Source of the DNA: Candidatus Micrarchaeota archaeon
GTDB lineage: Archaea > Micrarchaeota > Micrarchaeia > Anstonellales > Bilamarchaeaceae
Length of the DNA stretch: 64,000 bases
Reading direction: 5' to 3'
NCBI GenBank assembly: GCA_043816005.1
Contig: JBDRIM010000041.1
Location: forward strand, 3,326-67,325
Shown here piece by piece: positions 19,086-28,741 of the stretch (positions are counted from its first letter, which is position 1; every line of letters begins with the position of its first letter). The notes beneath the pieces are model-generated. The model was not told the origin of the DNA and did not search any database. It was given only the letters and a program-made list of their open reading frames with translations. The position numbers and the translations under genes are program-made.

Positions 19086-19229
19086 GATAGTACAATTTAT
19101 TCTCTTTAGTCAAAAATAGGTGTATCTCTTCTATATTCAATAATCACGCAGAAACCAGCAAACTTGGGCTGTGTGGGCACATAAATGTAGTCTTATGTTA
19201 TAATTCTCATTTGGACCAAAGCACAAAAA

Positions 19230-20219
19230 TTAGAAAAATCTCATTTTAGCTTTTTTCAGGTCTGGTAGTGTTTTTGAACCAGTAAGATATGCACAAATAG
19301 CCATTTGTTTTTGGAATGTTTCGATAAAATTATCAAGTTTGTTTTTCTTTAGGGCTTTTATAAATGGAAATGCTGCACCACACATGTCAGCACCTAAAGC
19401 TATTGATTTTGAACCATCAATACCGTCCCTTATGCCACCACTTGCAATAATAGGTAAAACACCACGGCATTGCATTATACATTCGACTGTTGGTATCCCC
19501 CAATTCTCAAAACCAGGAGTTCTGCTTCCGCGAAGATATTCAACTGCACTCCAAGAAGTACCACCAGTACCAGCAATATCTAAAAATTTCACGCCTGCTT
19601 TCTTGAGCGCGATTGCCACGTCCTGATTTATCCCTGCACCACTTTCTTTTACTAATACTGGTACAGATAGTTTGTCACAAACATTTTCAATTGCTGTTAA
19701 AACTCCAGTGAAATCAGTATCTCCTTCTGGTTGAATAATTTCCTGAAGTGCATTCAAATGCACTGCCAGCGCATCTGCCTCAATTGTTTGAACCAATGAA
19801 TCAATTTGTGATGAAGAATATTTTTTTAACTGGAAGGCACCGATATTTGAGAGTAGTGGAATATCTGGCGCAACATCTCTAACTTTATATGTTTTTGCCA
19901 ATTCTGGTTTTTCAATCATTGCCCTTTGAGATCCTACACCAAACGCCAGTTTATATTTTTGTGCAGCTGATGCGAGTTTTTTGTTTATCTGCTCCGCATC
20001 ATTGTAACCACCAGTCATCCCAGTAATTAGAATTGGAAAATTAATTTTCTTACTGAAAAATTTAGTGGATAAATCAATTGACTCAAATGATAGTTCTGGA
20101 AGGGCATTGTGGATAAAGTCGACTCTTTCAAAACCAGCAGATTTTGTGTATTGTGCACCTTCAGTAACAACCAAATCAACATGGTCTTTCTTACGCGATT
20201 CTGTTTGATTTTTTGTCAT
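19230..20219 (-). CDS. fni: Isopentenyl-diphosphate delta-isomerase, type 2 (FMN-dependent)
   Basis: Full-length match to the IDI-2 pattern (KDHV, ITGMTGG, VKESGAG, GTGGTSW, ASGGIRDG). Confidence 0.9.
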   Translation of the reverse strand: MTKNQTESRKKDHVDLVVTEGAQYTKSAGFERVDFIHNALPELSFESIDLSTKFFSKKINFPILITGMTGGYNDAEQINKKLASAAQKYKLAFGVGSQRAMIEKPELAKTYKVRDVAPDIPLLSNIGAFQLKKYSSSQIDSLVQTIEADALAVHLNALQEIIQPEGDTDFTGVLTAIENVCDKLSVPVLVKESGAGINQDVAIALKKAGVKFLDIAGTGGTSWSAVEYLRGSRTPGFENWGIPTVECIMQCRGVLPIIASGGIRDGIDGSKSIALGADMCGAAFPFIKALKKNKLDNFIETFQKQMAICAYLTGSKTLPDLKKAKMRFF

Positions 20220-20223
20220 TGAA

Positions 20224-20961
20224 CTACCTTGCTAATGGATACTTCTCCATGTACATTTGGGTTTGTAGAATAGTAAGGAAAGGAAGTACTAACAATGAAT
20301 TTATTAGTAATACAAAATAACCCGAAAATGGACTTGAAAAAAGAAGATCACCAATCAACTTAACTATGGAAATTAGAATTAATGATGTAAATGCCCAAAC
20401 AAGAATAAAATGAACATTTGATAGTGCCATTGATATTGAACGTCTTATGGCTGTCGGCGTATCTGAACCATCAATCACAACTGCAGGTGGAACAAAAAAT
20501 AACAGAAAAGAAAGCAGAAATGAGAGAATGGGGTAGAGCCACGATTGAATTGGATGCTCATATGTTAGTAATTGAAAGATCAACAGAACCAAGACTGCAA
20601 TTGTGTATATATAGAATATCCGCATACCATAAGTTCCAAGGGCATGAAGAACTTCATATTTGATAGTTGTAAGGGTTCTTTTTGAACGAACGACGATATT
20701 TATGTTAACAATAGTATCTGCTATGATAAATAGAGACAATGCATATGCAAGAGCAGTAATGATTATATCAAATGTAGTCAAATCAGGAAAGCTACCAGTT
20801 CTGAGAAAAACACCACCCAAAGCAAGGTATGTTGGTGCAGGTACAAGAGTTGGTATTAGAAAAGCCAGGATGAATGGAATTGAAAACGTAATGATGATTC
20901 CAAGCCTTTTGAGATAAAATTCCCAAGCGTAAGTAAATGCTCTTGATAGTTTATCTTGCAT
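20224..20961 (-). CDS. Hypothetical polytopic membrane protein
   Basis: Six or more hydrophobic helices; no recognisable family motif. Confidence 0.4.
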   Translation of the reverse strand: MQDKLSRAFTYAWEFYLKRLGIIITFSIPFILAFLIPTLVPAPTYLALGGVFLRTGSFPDLTTFDIIITALAYALSLFIIADTIVNINIVVRSKRTLTTIKYEVLHALGTYGMRIFYIYTIAVLVLLIFQLLTYEHPIQSWLYPILSFLLSFLLFFVPPAVVIDGSDTPTAIRRSISMALSNVHFILVWAFTSLILISIVKLIGDLLFSSPFSGYFVLLINSLLVLPFLTILQTQMYMEKYPLAR

Positions 20962-21021
20962 GATAAAAATTAGAGCGCATAATTTAAATAACTACACCAA
21001 TTGTAAAGTTTAGGTGTTTTT

Positions 21022-21726
21022 TTGCCATTTAGTAAATACAAGATAATATCAATAGAAAACTCTCAGGATGTCAGAATATACAGAATGGAACCACTAGACA
21101 AAAAAATGCTCATTTTTGTTCCAGGTCAATCAGTATTCTTACACCTTCTTGATTCTGAAGGAAAAACAATTCAAAAAAGACCTTATTCGATAGCATCGTC
21201 TCCAAATTCCCCCTATCTCGAATTTGCTATAAAAATGGTTGGTGGTGCCATGACAAGTCAGCTTGATTTGCTGAAAATTGGTGCCATACTTGGTGTGGAA
21301 GGCCCAGTTGGACATTTTACTTACAATGAGCAAAAAAATATCTGCCTGATAGCATGTGGAACTGGAGTCGCACCAATGCTTAGTATTGTAAGACATGTAG
21401 CAGGAAAAAAATTAACTGGAAATTTTGTATTGATTTATAGCACTAGAACTACAGACAGTATTCTTTACAAAAACGAATTTAATAGACTCAACGAACTGAA
21501 CCAAAATATAAAAACAGTAATAACACTTACAAGAGAACAGCACCCAGAAAATTGGGATGGTGAGTTAGGAAGGATAAATAGAGATATGATACTCAAAAAT
21601 GTAAAGGATCCAAAAAACAACGATTGGTGGATATGCGGTTCAATGGAATTTATCAAAACAATGAAATTTATTCTTGGAGAAATTGGCGTAGATATGAAAA
21701 AAGTCAACATAGAAGGCTGGGGTTAG
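21022..21726 (+). CDS. Ferredoxin-NADP reductase-like FAD/NAD(P)-binding oxidoreductase
   Basis: RPYSIAS (RxYS FAD motif), GTGVAPM NAD(P)-binding motif. TTG start with SD taggtg. Confidence 0.65.
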   Translation: MPFSKYKIISIENSQDVRIYRMEPLDKKMLIFVPGQSVFLHLLDSEGKTIQKRPYSIASSPNSPYLEFAIKMVGGAMTSQLDLLKIGAILGVEGPVGHFTYNEQKNICLIACGTGVAPMLSIVRHVAGKKLTGNFVLIYSTRTTDSILYKNEFNRLNELNQNIKTVITLTREQHPENWDGELGRINRDMILKNVKDPKNNDWWICGSMEFIKTMKFILGEIGVDMKKVNIEGWG

Positions 21727-21891
21727 TCGCTTTTGGAAACAACAGAGAACAAAGTTCTCTGTGCGACGCGAATGGTGCGCCATTCGCAACGAAGCGACAC
21801 CAAAACTTACCGTTTAACGCAACGAGTTAGGTTTAAAAAACAAACCAGACCAATCCTTTATATTCTTCTAAAATTCTAGAGGTAAATTTAT

Positions 21892-22362
21892 ATGAAAACA
21901 ATAGATGTTATAGTGGATGGCGGTAAAGCTACTGCTGGGCCGCCCTTGGCACCAGCACTCGCACCTATGGGTGTGAATATTGGACAAGTTGTTTCAAAAA
22001 TAAACGAAGCAACAAAAGATTTTGCAGGGATGAAAGTGCCTGTCAAAGTGCATATTGATCCAAAAACAAAACAATATACGATAGAGGTGGGAAGTCCACC
22101 AACTGCAGAGATAATAAAGAAAGAAGCAGGTATTGAAAAAGGTGCAGGAAATAGAGAAGCACCTGCTGGCAACATTGAACTTAGTAAACTTATAGTTATT
22201 GCAAAGGCAAAGAGAAATTCGCTTGGTAAGGACTTAAAGGAAACGCTTAAAGAGGTTCTTGGTTCATGCGTTAGTATGGGCGTAACAATAGATGGAAAAG
22301 GTGCAAAAGCGATGATAAAGGAGGTAAACGAAGGAAAGCACGACTCAATGTTAAAAGGATGA
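21892..22362 (+). CDS. rpl11: 50S ribosomal protein L11 (uL11)
   Basis: GGKATAGPPLAPALAPMGVNI and the PPTAEIIKKEAG pattern. Confidence 0.9.
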   Translation: MKTIDVIVDGGKATAGPPLAPALAPMGVNIGQVVSKINEATKDFAGMKVPVKVHIDPKTKQYTIEVGSPPTAEIIKKEAGIEKGAGNREAPAGNIELSKLIVIAKAKRNSLGKDLKETLKEVLGSCVSMGVTIDGKGAKAMIKEVNEGKHDSMLKG

Positions 22363-22366
22363 ACTT

Positions 22367-24004
22367 ATGAGAAAAGCTTTGATACTTCTTTTATTAATTT
22401 CGTTTTCCTATGCATCACTTTTATGGCAGTACAGTACTGATGGACCAATTAGCCTAAAACCAGTCATATATCAAGGAACAGTAGTGGTGGCATCAGATGA
22501 TGGTAAAATTTATGCTATTGATCCAAATAGTGGATTGAAGAGATGGCAAACAAATGTAGGTAAAAAACCAACTGACATTATTGTTTTTGATAATGGAGTT
22601 GTTGTTTCGACAACATTTGGTAAAGTAGTTAAAATAAGTAATACTGGATCAATCCTTTGGACAAGGACTATAAATTCGTCATATATTTACGGCATGAGTG
22701 CAAACCAGAAAGAGATTTTCCTCACTACTAACAATGGATTGTATCTTATGGATAAAATTAATGTCACTAAATTGTTAGTTAATTTTAGCGATTCTGTTGT
22801 CGGACTACCGACTGCAGGTCCAGATTTTGTTATTTATGGTAAAGGAAATGAACTTCGAAGAGTGAAAGAAAATGGAGATACACTCTGGAAGATGAAATTG
22901 GATCAGGGAACTTTTTGGACATCAAGACCTGTGATAGAAAACGGCGTAGTTTATATCGGTGCGTTGGATAATCAAATGCATGCATATATTGCAAACAACG
23001 GACTCGAAATTTGGCAGATGAAAACGAGAAATTGGATAATGAGCACCCCTGTTTTGAGCAATGGGATAGTGTATTTTGGTAGTAATGACGGAAATGTATA
23101 TGCACTTGACAGCGGTAGTGGGAATGTAAAATGGGAAACAGAAACATATTTGGCAATACAAACAAGATTAGAATCGGGAATTATGGGGGGAGAAGAAGTT
23201 GTTTTTGTAGGTAGTAGTGATAAAAGTATTTATGCGATTTCAAAAGACAAGGGACAAATTTTATGGAAGGGAGTTGTGGGTGGAGTTGTTGGTGACCCAT
23301 TATTTTATCAAAATATGATTATTTTTGGTTCTGGGGATGGACAGATCAGCGCATATAGTACCGAGAGAGCGTGTTCTATAACTTCACCACGAGAAGCTGA
23401 TCTTGTTGGTCTAAAAGAGCTAGTCATAGGCGGCGAATATGTATCAGAAGCAAGTAATGCTAAAGTTATGTTAAACATAAATGAAGGAGGGTGGATAGAT
23501 ACAAACACTAGTCAAGATGACTGGATTTACTATCTTGACCCAAAAATAAAATTATATGCTGGTCTTAACACGTTATCTTGCAAAGTAGTTGATAGTAATG
23601 GTGAGGAACAAGGACCTACATATACAACAATTGCAATAAACCATGACCCAACGATAGCGTTGAATAATTTTGTAATTACAGTTTCTCCAGATGTAGTTGA
23701 AGGAGTGCCATTCATTATTTTTGTAAATGATGGGGAAGATGGGACACCAGTAAATAGATTTAATTTGACTGTTGATGGTAATAGTTATCTAGGAGACAAA
23801 AATGTAACAGTAACAGTTACTAACGCTGGGGAGCATAAAATAACAATAAAGAAGATAGGATTTAACGACGGTATTGTAAATGTTCATGTTAATTCAAGTG
23901 GAGTGAGTCCGTTAATACTTTGTGTTTCGGCATTAGGCATCATAGTAATTCTATTTTTCGTATGGAATACAGTTTTAAAACAAAAATTTGCAGCAAAGAA
24001 ATAA
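22367..24004 (+). CDS. PQQ-like beta-propeller repeat protein, signal peptide and C-terminal TM anchor
   Basis: Repeated DGKIYAID / DNQMHAY / DGNVYALD / DKSIYAIS / DGQISAY blades. N-terminal signal and C-terminal hydrophobic helix. Confidence 0.6.
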   Translation: MRKALILLLLISFSYASLLWQYSTDGPISLKPVIYQGTVVVASDDGKIYAIDPNSGLKRWQTNVGKKPTDIIVFDNGVVVSTTFGKVVKISNTGSILWTRTINSSYIYGMSANQKEIFLTTNNGLYLMDKINVTKLLVNFSDSVVGLPTAGPDFVIYGKGNELRRVKENGDTLWKMKLDQGTFWTSRPVIENGVVYIGALDNQMHAYIANNGLEIWQMKTRNWIMSTPVLSNGIVYFGSNDGNVYALDSGSGNVKWETETYLAIQTRLESGIMGGEEVVFVGSSDKSIYAISKDKGQILWKGVVGGVVGDPLFYQNMIIFGSGDGQISAYSTERACSITSPREADLVGLKELVIGGEYVSEASNAKVMLNINEGGWIDTNTSQDDWIYYLDPKIKLYAGLNTLSCKVVDSNGEEQGPTYTTIAINHDPTIALNNFVITVSPDVVEGVPFIIFVNDGEDGTPVNRFNLTVDGNSYLGDKNVTVTVTNAGEHKITIKKIGFNDGIVNVHVNSSGVSPLILCVSALGIIVILFFVWNTVLKQKFAAKK

Positions 24005-25735
24005 TTATTCCACAGTAACAGACTTTGCCAGATTTCTTGGTCTGTCTGGATTTATTCCTCTTAAAACACTTACATAGTAAGCAAGAAGTTGCAACGGAAT
24101 AATGAGTGTAAATGGATAAAGTATTTCATCACAATTTGGAAGTGAAATAACAGCATCGCTTTCGTTTTTCATCCCATCATCATTAGTTATTGATATTATC
24201 AACCCACCGCGTGTTTTTGCTTCTTTCATATTTCCAAATAATTTTTGTAAAGTTTCATCTGAAGGTGCTAGAACAATAATTGGGGTCCCATCTGTAATCA
24301 AACTAAGTGTGCCATGCTTAAGTTCTCCGCCAGGATATGCTTCAGAATGAATATATGTAATTTCCTTAAACTTCAATGAGGCTTCATATGCAATTGGCAC
24401 ATTTCGTCCACGTGCAATAAAAAAAGCATGTTCTTTATTTACTAGAATAGTAGCAATTTTCTTGATTTCCTCTTCTTGTTCAAGCATTTTTGCTATCAGA
24501 TCAGATAATTTAACCAAACGTTCTTTTGGATAAACAAGTTTGTAGATTATTGCTAATTGAGATGTAAATGTCTTTGTTGCTGCAACCCCGATTTCAGGTC
24601 CTGAATTCATTAGTATAGTACAATCAGATAATCGAGTGATAGATGAACCAACTGTGTTAGTTATTGCAAGTTTTTTGCAGTTCCCAGCATAACGCACTGC
24701 TTGAAGAACATCAGCAGTTTCGCCGCTCTGAGTAATGGCAACTATAAGCGTGTTGTTTGTTGGTTTTGCTATATATTGATAATCACTTGCTACAAATGCT
24801 TGTGCGCTTTTTCCTGCGTTTGAAAGCAAATGCGCTAACAAAAGACCTGCATGATAAGAAGTTCCTGCAGCAATAATTTCTACACGATCGTGTTCATCAA
24901 TAAGTTTTTTAGCATCAGTAACGTCAGATGCTAAGCTTTCGTTAATGAAATGTTTTTGATCATGAATTTCTTTTAGCATAAAATGAGCATATCCTGATTT
25001 TTGAGCAATGTCAAGACTCCAATTGACAGTAATTTGTTTTCTGGTAAGTTCAGAACCATCGATAGAATATATTTCGTACCCAGTACGAGTTAATACTGCG
25101 ATATCACCTTCTTCCAATGGCACAAAATTTTTAGTGTGTTTAAGCATTGCTGGAATATCTGATGCACAAAGCATCTCATTTTTACCAACTCCAATAATCA
25201 ACGGACTGTTTTTTCTTGCGATGAAAAGTTCATCTTTGTCTTTTGCACTCATTGCTACGATTGCATAAGACCCTTGTAATTTTTTTAATGTCGAAAAAAA
25301 TGCCTGTAGAAATGGTTTTGACTTTGATTCTTCTTCGAGTATATGTGCTATAATTTCCGAATCAGTTTCAGAAGCAAATTTGTGACCTCTTGCAACAAGC
25401 TGGTGCTTTAATTCAGTAAAGTTTTCGATTACACCATTGTGTGCAAGTAAAATTTTACCTGTACAATCAGAGTGTGGATGGGAGTTTTCTTTGCTAACAA
25501 CACCGTGTGTTGCCCATCTTGCATGGCCAATGCCAACAGTTCCATCAACAGAAACAAAATCCATTTCTGTTGAAACATCTTCAACAGTGCCTTTACCTTT
25601 CCTCACCTCGATTGATGTACCATTACGAATTGCAATACCGACTGAATCATAACCACGATATTCAAGCAGTTTTAAACCGTCTGTGATTATCTGGGATGCT
25701 TTTTCCGAACCAATATACCCAATAATTCCGCACAT
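24005..25735 (-). CDS. glmS: Glutamine--fructose-6-phosphate aminotransferase (isomerising)
   Basis: MCGIIGY N-terminal nucleophile, two SIS domains, C-terminal NLAKSVTVE. Confidence 0.95.
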   Translation of the reverse strand: MCGIIGYIGSEKASQIITDGLKLLEYRGYDSVGIAIRNGTSIEVRKGKGTVEDVSTEMDFVSVDGTVGIGHARWATHGVVSKENSHPHSDCTGKILLAHNGVIENFTELKHQLVARGHKFASETDSEIIAHILEEESKSKPFLQAFFSTLKKLQGSYAIVAMSAKDKDELFIARKNSPLIIGVGKNEMLCASDIPAMLKHTKNFVPLEEGDIAVLTRTGYEIYSIDGSELTRKQITVNWSLDIAQKSGYAHFMLKEIHDQKHFINESLASDVTDAKKLIDEHDRVEIIAAGTSYHAGLLLAHLLSNAGKSAQAFVASDYQYIAKPTNNTLIVAITQSGETADVLQAVRYAGNCKKLAITNTVGSSITRLSDCTILMNSGPEIGVAATKTFTSQLAIIYKLVYPKERLVKLSDLIAKMLEQEEEIKKIATILVNKEHAFFIARGRNVPIAYEASLKFKEITYIHSEAYPGGELKHGTLSLITDGTPIIVLAPSDETLQKLFGNMKEAKTRGGLIISITNDDGMKNESDAVISLPNCDEILYPFTLIIPLQLLAYYVSVLRGINPDRPRNLAKSVTVE

Positions 25736-25897
25736 AGCGAATGATGATAAACGATAGGCTTTTTAATACTACTATTAAAATATTTTTAATAGTATTCAGT
25801 TTTTTTTGTAGTGGTCGCACCTTTTAGAAAAAGGCGCCCGAAAACTGACTCTCGCGCTCCGCGGGGGTTCTGGGGGTGTCCCCAGGGGGAGAAAAAA

Positions 25898-26764
25898 ATG
25901 ATGCTCATAAACGACGATGGTAAGGTAATTGGATGTAAAGAGATAAGTCAATTTAAAGCTCTTTCTAATGACAGATTGAAAATATTAAAATACCTTGGAA
26001 GAAGACCAGCATATGCTATAGAAATTGCCAAGGAAATAGGATTACCTCCGCAGATAACATATTATCATATTAAAGTCCTTGAACGCGCAGGTATGATTAA
26101 GTTTGTTGATTATGAGGAAAAGAATGGTGGTGTGGCAAAAAGATATCTTGCAAAAGCCCAAAGTTTTGCTCTTGTGGTGGATGATAAAGGATGGAAAGAT
26201 TCTGCATCGCCTTCAAAAGAGGCACCAGTTATTCTGGAACGGTTTTTTGAAAATGGTGTGTTCAATGGCTTGATGGTCGTTGGTTCTCCTGACCCACATG
26301 GAAAGCACAGGGCAAGAGGAAGTGAACTTGGTATGTTGGAATTGGCAATGCTTTTTGGTAGATATGCTGCACCAGTTTTTCCAATGTATAAATTGGACAC
26401 ACAAACTACCGAACGAGATCGAACTGGAAATTTGGTTCTGGCTGGAGGACCAAAAGTCAACATCCTTGTTGCAGAAGTTAATGGAAAATTACCGATCAGA
26501 TTTACCTCTGATAACGCAGAATTGTATAGTACAATAACAAGTAAAGCATACAGTGGGAATATAGGAGTTGTTGAATTGATTAAAAGTCCGTTTGATAGCT
26601 CAAAAAAAATTTTAGTCATTGGTGGTTTGAATCAAAACGGAACGCGAGCAGCGGTTCTTGCTTTAGTAAAACATAGTAAAGAATTTGAAAAAATGACTAG
26701 AGTTGTTGAAGGTTTTGACGAGGATGGAGATGGGCTTGTAGACACTATAGAATTTTTAGAATAA
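25898..26764 (+). CDS. ArsR-type winged-helix protein with extended C-terminal domain
   Basis: LSNDRLKILKYLGRRPAYAIEIAKEIGLPPQITYYHIKVLERAGMI HTH. Start placed at MMLIN because the listed upstream extension covers a GC-rich hairpin region. Confidence 0.5.
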   Translation: MMLINDDGKVIGCKEISQFKALSNDRLKILKYLGRRPAYAIEIAKEIGLPPQITYYHIKVLERAGMIKFVDYEEKNGGVAKRYLAKAQSFALVVDDKGWKDSASPSKEAPVILERFFENGVFNGLMVVGSPDPHGKHRARGSELGMLELAMLFGRYAAPVFPMYKLDTQTTERDRTGNLVLAGGPKVNILVAEVNGKLPIRFTSDNAELYSTITSKAYSGNIGVVELIKSPFDSSKKILVIGGLNQNGTRAAVLALVKHSKEFEKMTRVVEGFDEDGDGLVDTIEFLE

Positions 26765-27958
26765 TTAAAGAGAAAGAATATTTACTTGTGGCTGGTATAC
26801 AAAACTTTCATCAATCCCGTGAGCTTTATTAAATACTCTCAAAGTTCTACCATTAAAACCAACTAATGAGATAGCCGCACCGTTTGCAGTGGCTTCTAAA
26901 ATTTTATGATGTTCACACAAATCTGATTCTATTAAACGAGAGGCATCGAGAGTGATATCAGTAGTTAATGCAACTGTGTGTCCGCTGCCACGTTCACCAT
27001 CATGAGCTAAACTGTTTATACCTAAGACATGACCATAGGCATATGGTAATGAGCAGCTATCCTCCACTGTTAGCCTACTTCCTCCGAGAACAACAGTAAC
27101 TGCGAATAAGCTGTTTGGACCTTGTTTGAAAAGATATTTAGGACCATCGGGAGTATTTGGAGTTAATCTTGCATCAACACAACAAATTCCACCGACTTCA
27201 AGAGCAAGAGAATGTGGGTCCAATACTCTCCTTAAGTCGGTTGGATCATATGCAACTGCAGAATGAGCATAGTGTGATTGTAAACTACCATTACCACCAT
27301 TCTCAGCAAGCTTGCGTGCACCTTTTGCCATTTGTGCACTGAGTGCACCGAGTTTCGGATGATATTCCAATATGTCGCCATTCGCAATATCACGATTGAA
27401 TGCAGTAAAATGTAGCGCTTCTTCCCCAGTCCATACTGTGTATACGATAGTAATGTTTTTTCGATCGATTATTGATTTAAATTCTTGATCTGAACAAATT
27501 ATTTCAGCTTGGAATCTTGCATTTTCAAATTCTGCTTCAGGCGAATGCATCCGAGCTACATTAGGAGATATGTGCTCTAGGAGATGATTAACACTTCGTG
27601 GTTCATTTAAATGTTCACCTGTTGGAAGAGCCAATTCTGCTTGTTTGGCTCCAACTGCACCACATTTAGTAAGACCACCATGACCCAAAATTAAAAATGC
27701 ACCACCAGGTACAATCTTATCTAAAATGTGCTTGACTTCGAGTCTAGCAACAGATTCGCTTAAACATATTGCTTGACCAGCCACCCTGACAAAACTTACT
27801 CCACTTAACGTTGAAGGGTATGTTCTATTTTGAAAACCGTGTTGAAAACCATCGACTAATACACCAAGTGATTCTGGGATAGTAAGAACTCTTCTTTGAG
27901 CTAATTTTTCTGCAATTTCTGGCCCTCTAATAAGTTTTGAAGCAACCATTTTTTTCAC
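26765..27958 (-). CDS. Hypothetical protein built from two beta-carbonic-anhydrase-like halves with split/degenerate zinc-ligand motifs
   Basis: The N-half has GHGGLTKCGAVGA (HxxC-like with an insertion) and ENARFQAEII...ITIVYTVWTGEEAL, like the beta-CA C-terminal region. The C-half has CCVDARLTP (CxDxR) but no HxxC. The comparison used the adjacent genuine beta-CA. Confidence 0.35.
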   Translation of the reverse strand: MKKMVASKLIRGPEIAEKLAQRRVLTIPESLGVLVDGFQHGFQNRTYPSTLSGVSFVRVAGQAICLSESVARLEVKHILDKIVPGGAFLILGHGGLTKCGAVGAKQAELALPTGEHLNEPRSVNHLLEHISPNVARMHSPEAEFENARFQAEIICSDQEFKSIIDRKNITIVYTVWTGEEALHFTAFNRDIANGDILEYHPKLGALSAQMAKGARKLAENGGNGSLQSHYAHSAVAYDPTDLRRVLDPHSLALEVGGICCVDARLTPNTPDGPKYLFKQGPNSLFAVTVVLGGSRLTVEDSCSLPYAYGHVLGINSLAHDGERGSGHTVALTTDITLDASRLIESDLCEHHKILEATANGAAISLVGFNGRTLRVFNKAHGIDESFVYQPQVNILSL

Positions 27959-28149
27959 CTGATATGTTATAATATATGGTAGGAAGGGTTTTTATATACC
28001 TCTTAAAGTACAACTAAACCCTTCCTAACACTGTTGATTAGTTATGTAGTTAAATGGTTTTAAAAACTTAATTGATGTGGTTTGATATGTTAAAAGTGAG
28101 CAATATAAATGTTAAAGCCTAACTTTAACTGAAAAAGATTGGTGATTTA

Positions 28150-28710
28150 ATGAATGAAAAAGAAATATTAGAGAGATTGATAGAAGGCAACAAGAGATTT
28201 GCATCTGGAAATACCCTTCCAAAGGATCATATGGCAGCTAGGGAAGCAACCAAAGATGGTCAAACGCCATTTGTGACTGTAGTTTCATGCAGTGATTCAA
28301 GAGTAGTTCCAGAATATATATTCGATCTGAATATAGGTGAGGTATTCACAATAATCACAGCAGGAAATATAGTTGACACGATCACCTTAGGCTCTATCGA
28401 ATATGGAGTATACCATTTACACACACCACTGTTGATAGTCCTGGGCCATGAAAAATGCGGTGCAATAACCGCTGCTTGTCAAGGAGGCGTCTGCCCGCCA
28501 AATATCCAAGCAATAATTGATAAGCTAAAACTACCAGTACATGTTGGCGAAAAAGATATTGAAAAAACCATTTGCATAAATACGAAAGTAGTCATTGAAG
28601 AAATTCGCGAAAGAAGTGACATAGTAAAGCAATTGGAAAAAGAAGGAAAATTAAAACTGGTTGCAATGAAATATTATTTCGAAGATGGTAGAGTTGAACT
28701 AATCGATTAA
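28150..28710 (+). CDS. Beta-class carbonic anhydrase
   Basis: CSDSRV (CxDxR) and GHEKCGA (HxxC) zinc-ligand motifs at typical spacing. Confidence 0.85.
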   Translation: MNEKEILERLIEGNKRFASGNTLPKDHMAAREATKDGQTPFVTVVSCSDSRVVPEYIFDLNIGEVFTIITAGNIVDTITLGSIEYGVYHLHTPLLIVLGHEKCGAITAACQGGVCPPNIQAIIDKLKLPVHVGEKDIEKTICINTKVVIEEIRERSDIVKQLEKEGKLKLVAMKYYFEDGRVELID

Positions 28711-28741
28711 CCTTTACCTATTCTTTTAAATTATTAGGAGC

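Noticed and set aside
18838-19140. 100-aa ORF as a real protein gene
   Set aside because: Two overlapping ORFs on the same strand cover exactly the GC-rich island. A plus-strand TATA box and long-range complementarity favour an RNA gene. This is not fully excluded; see the finding.
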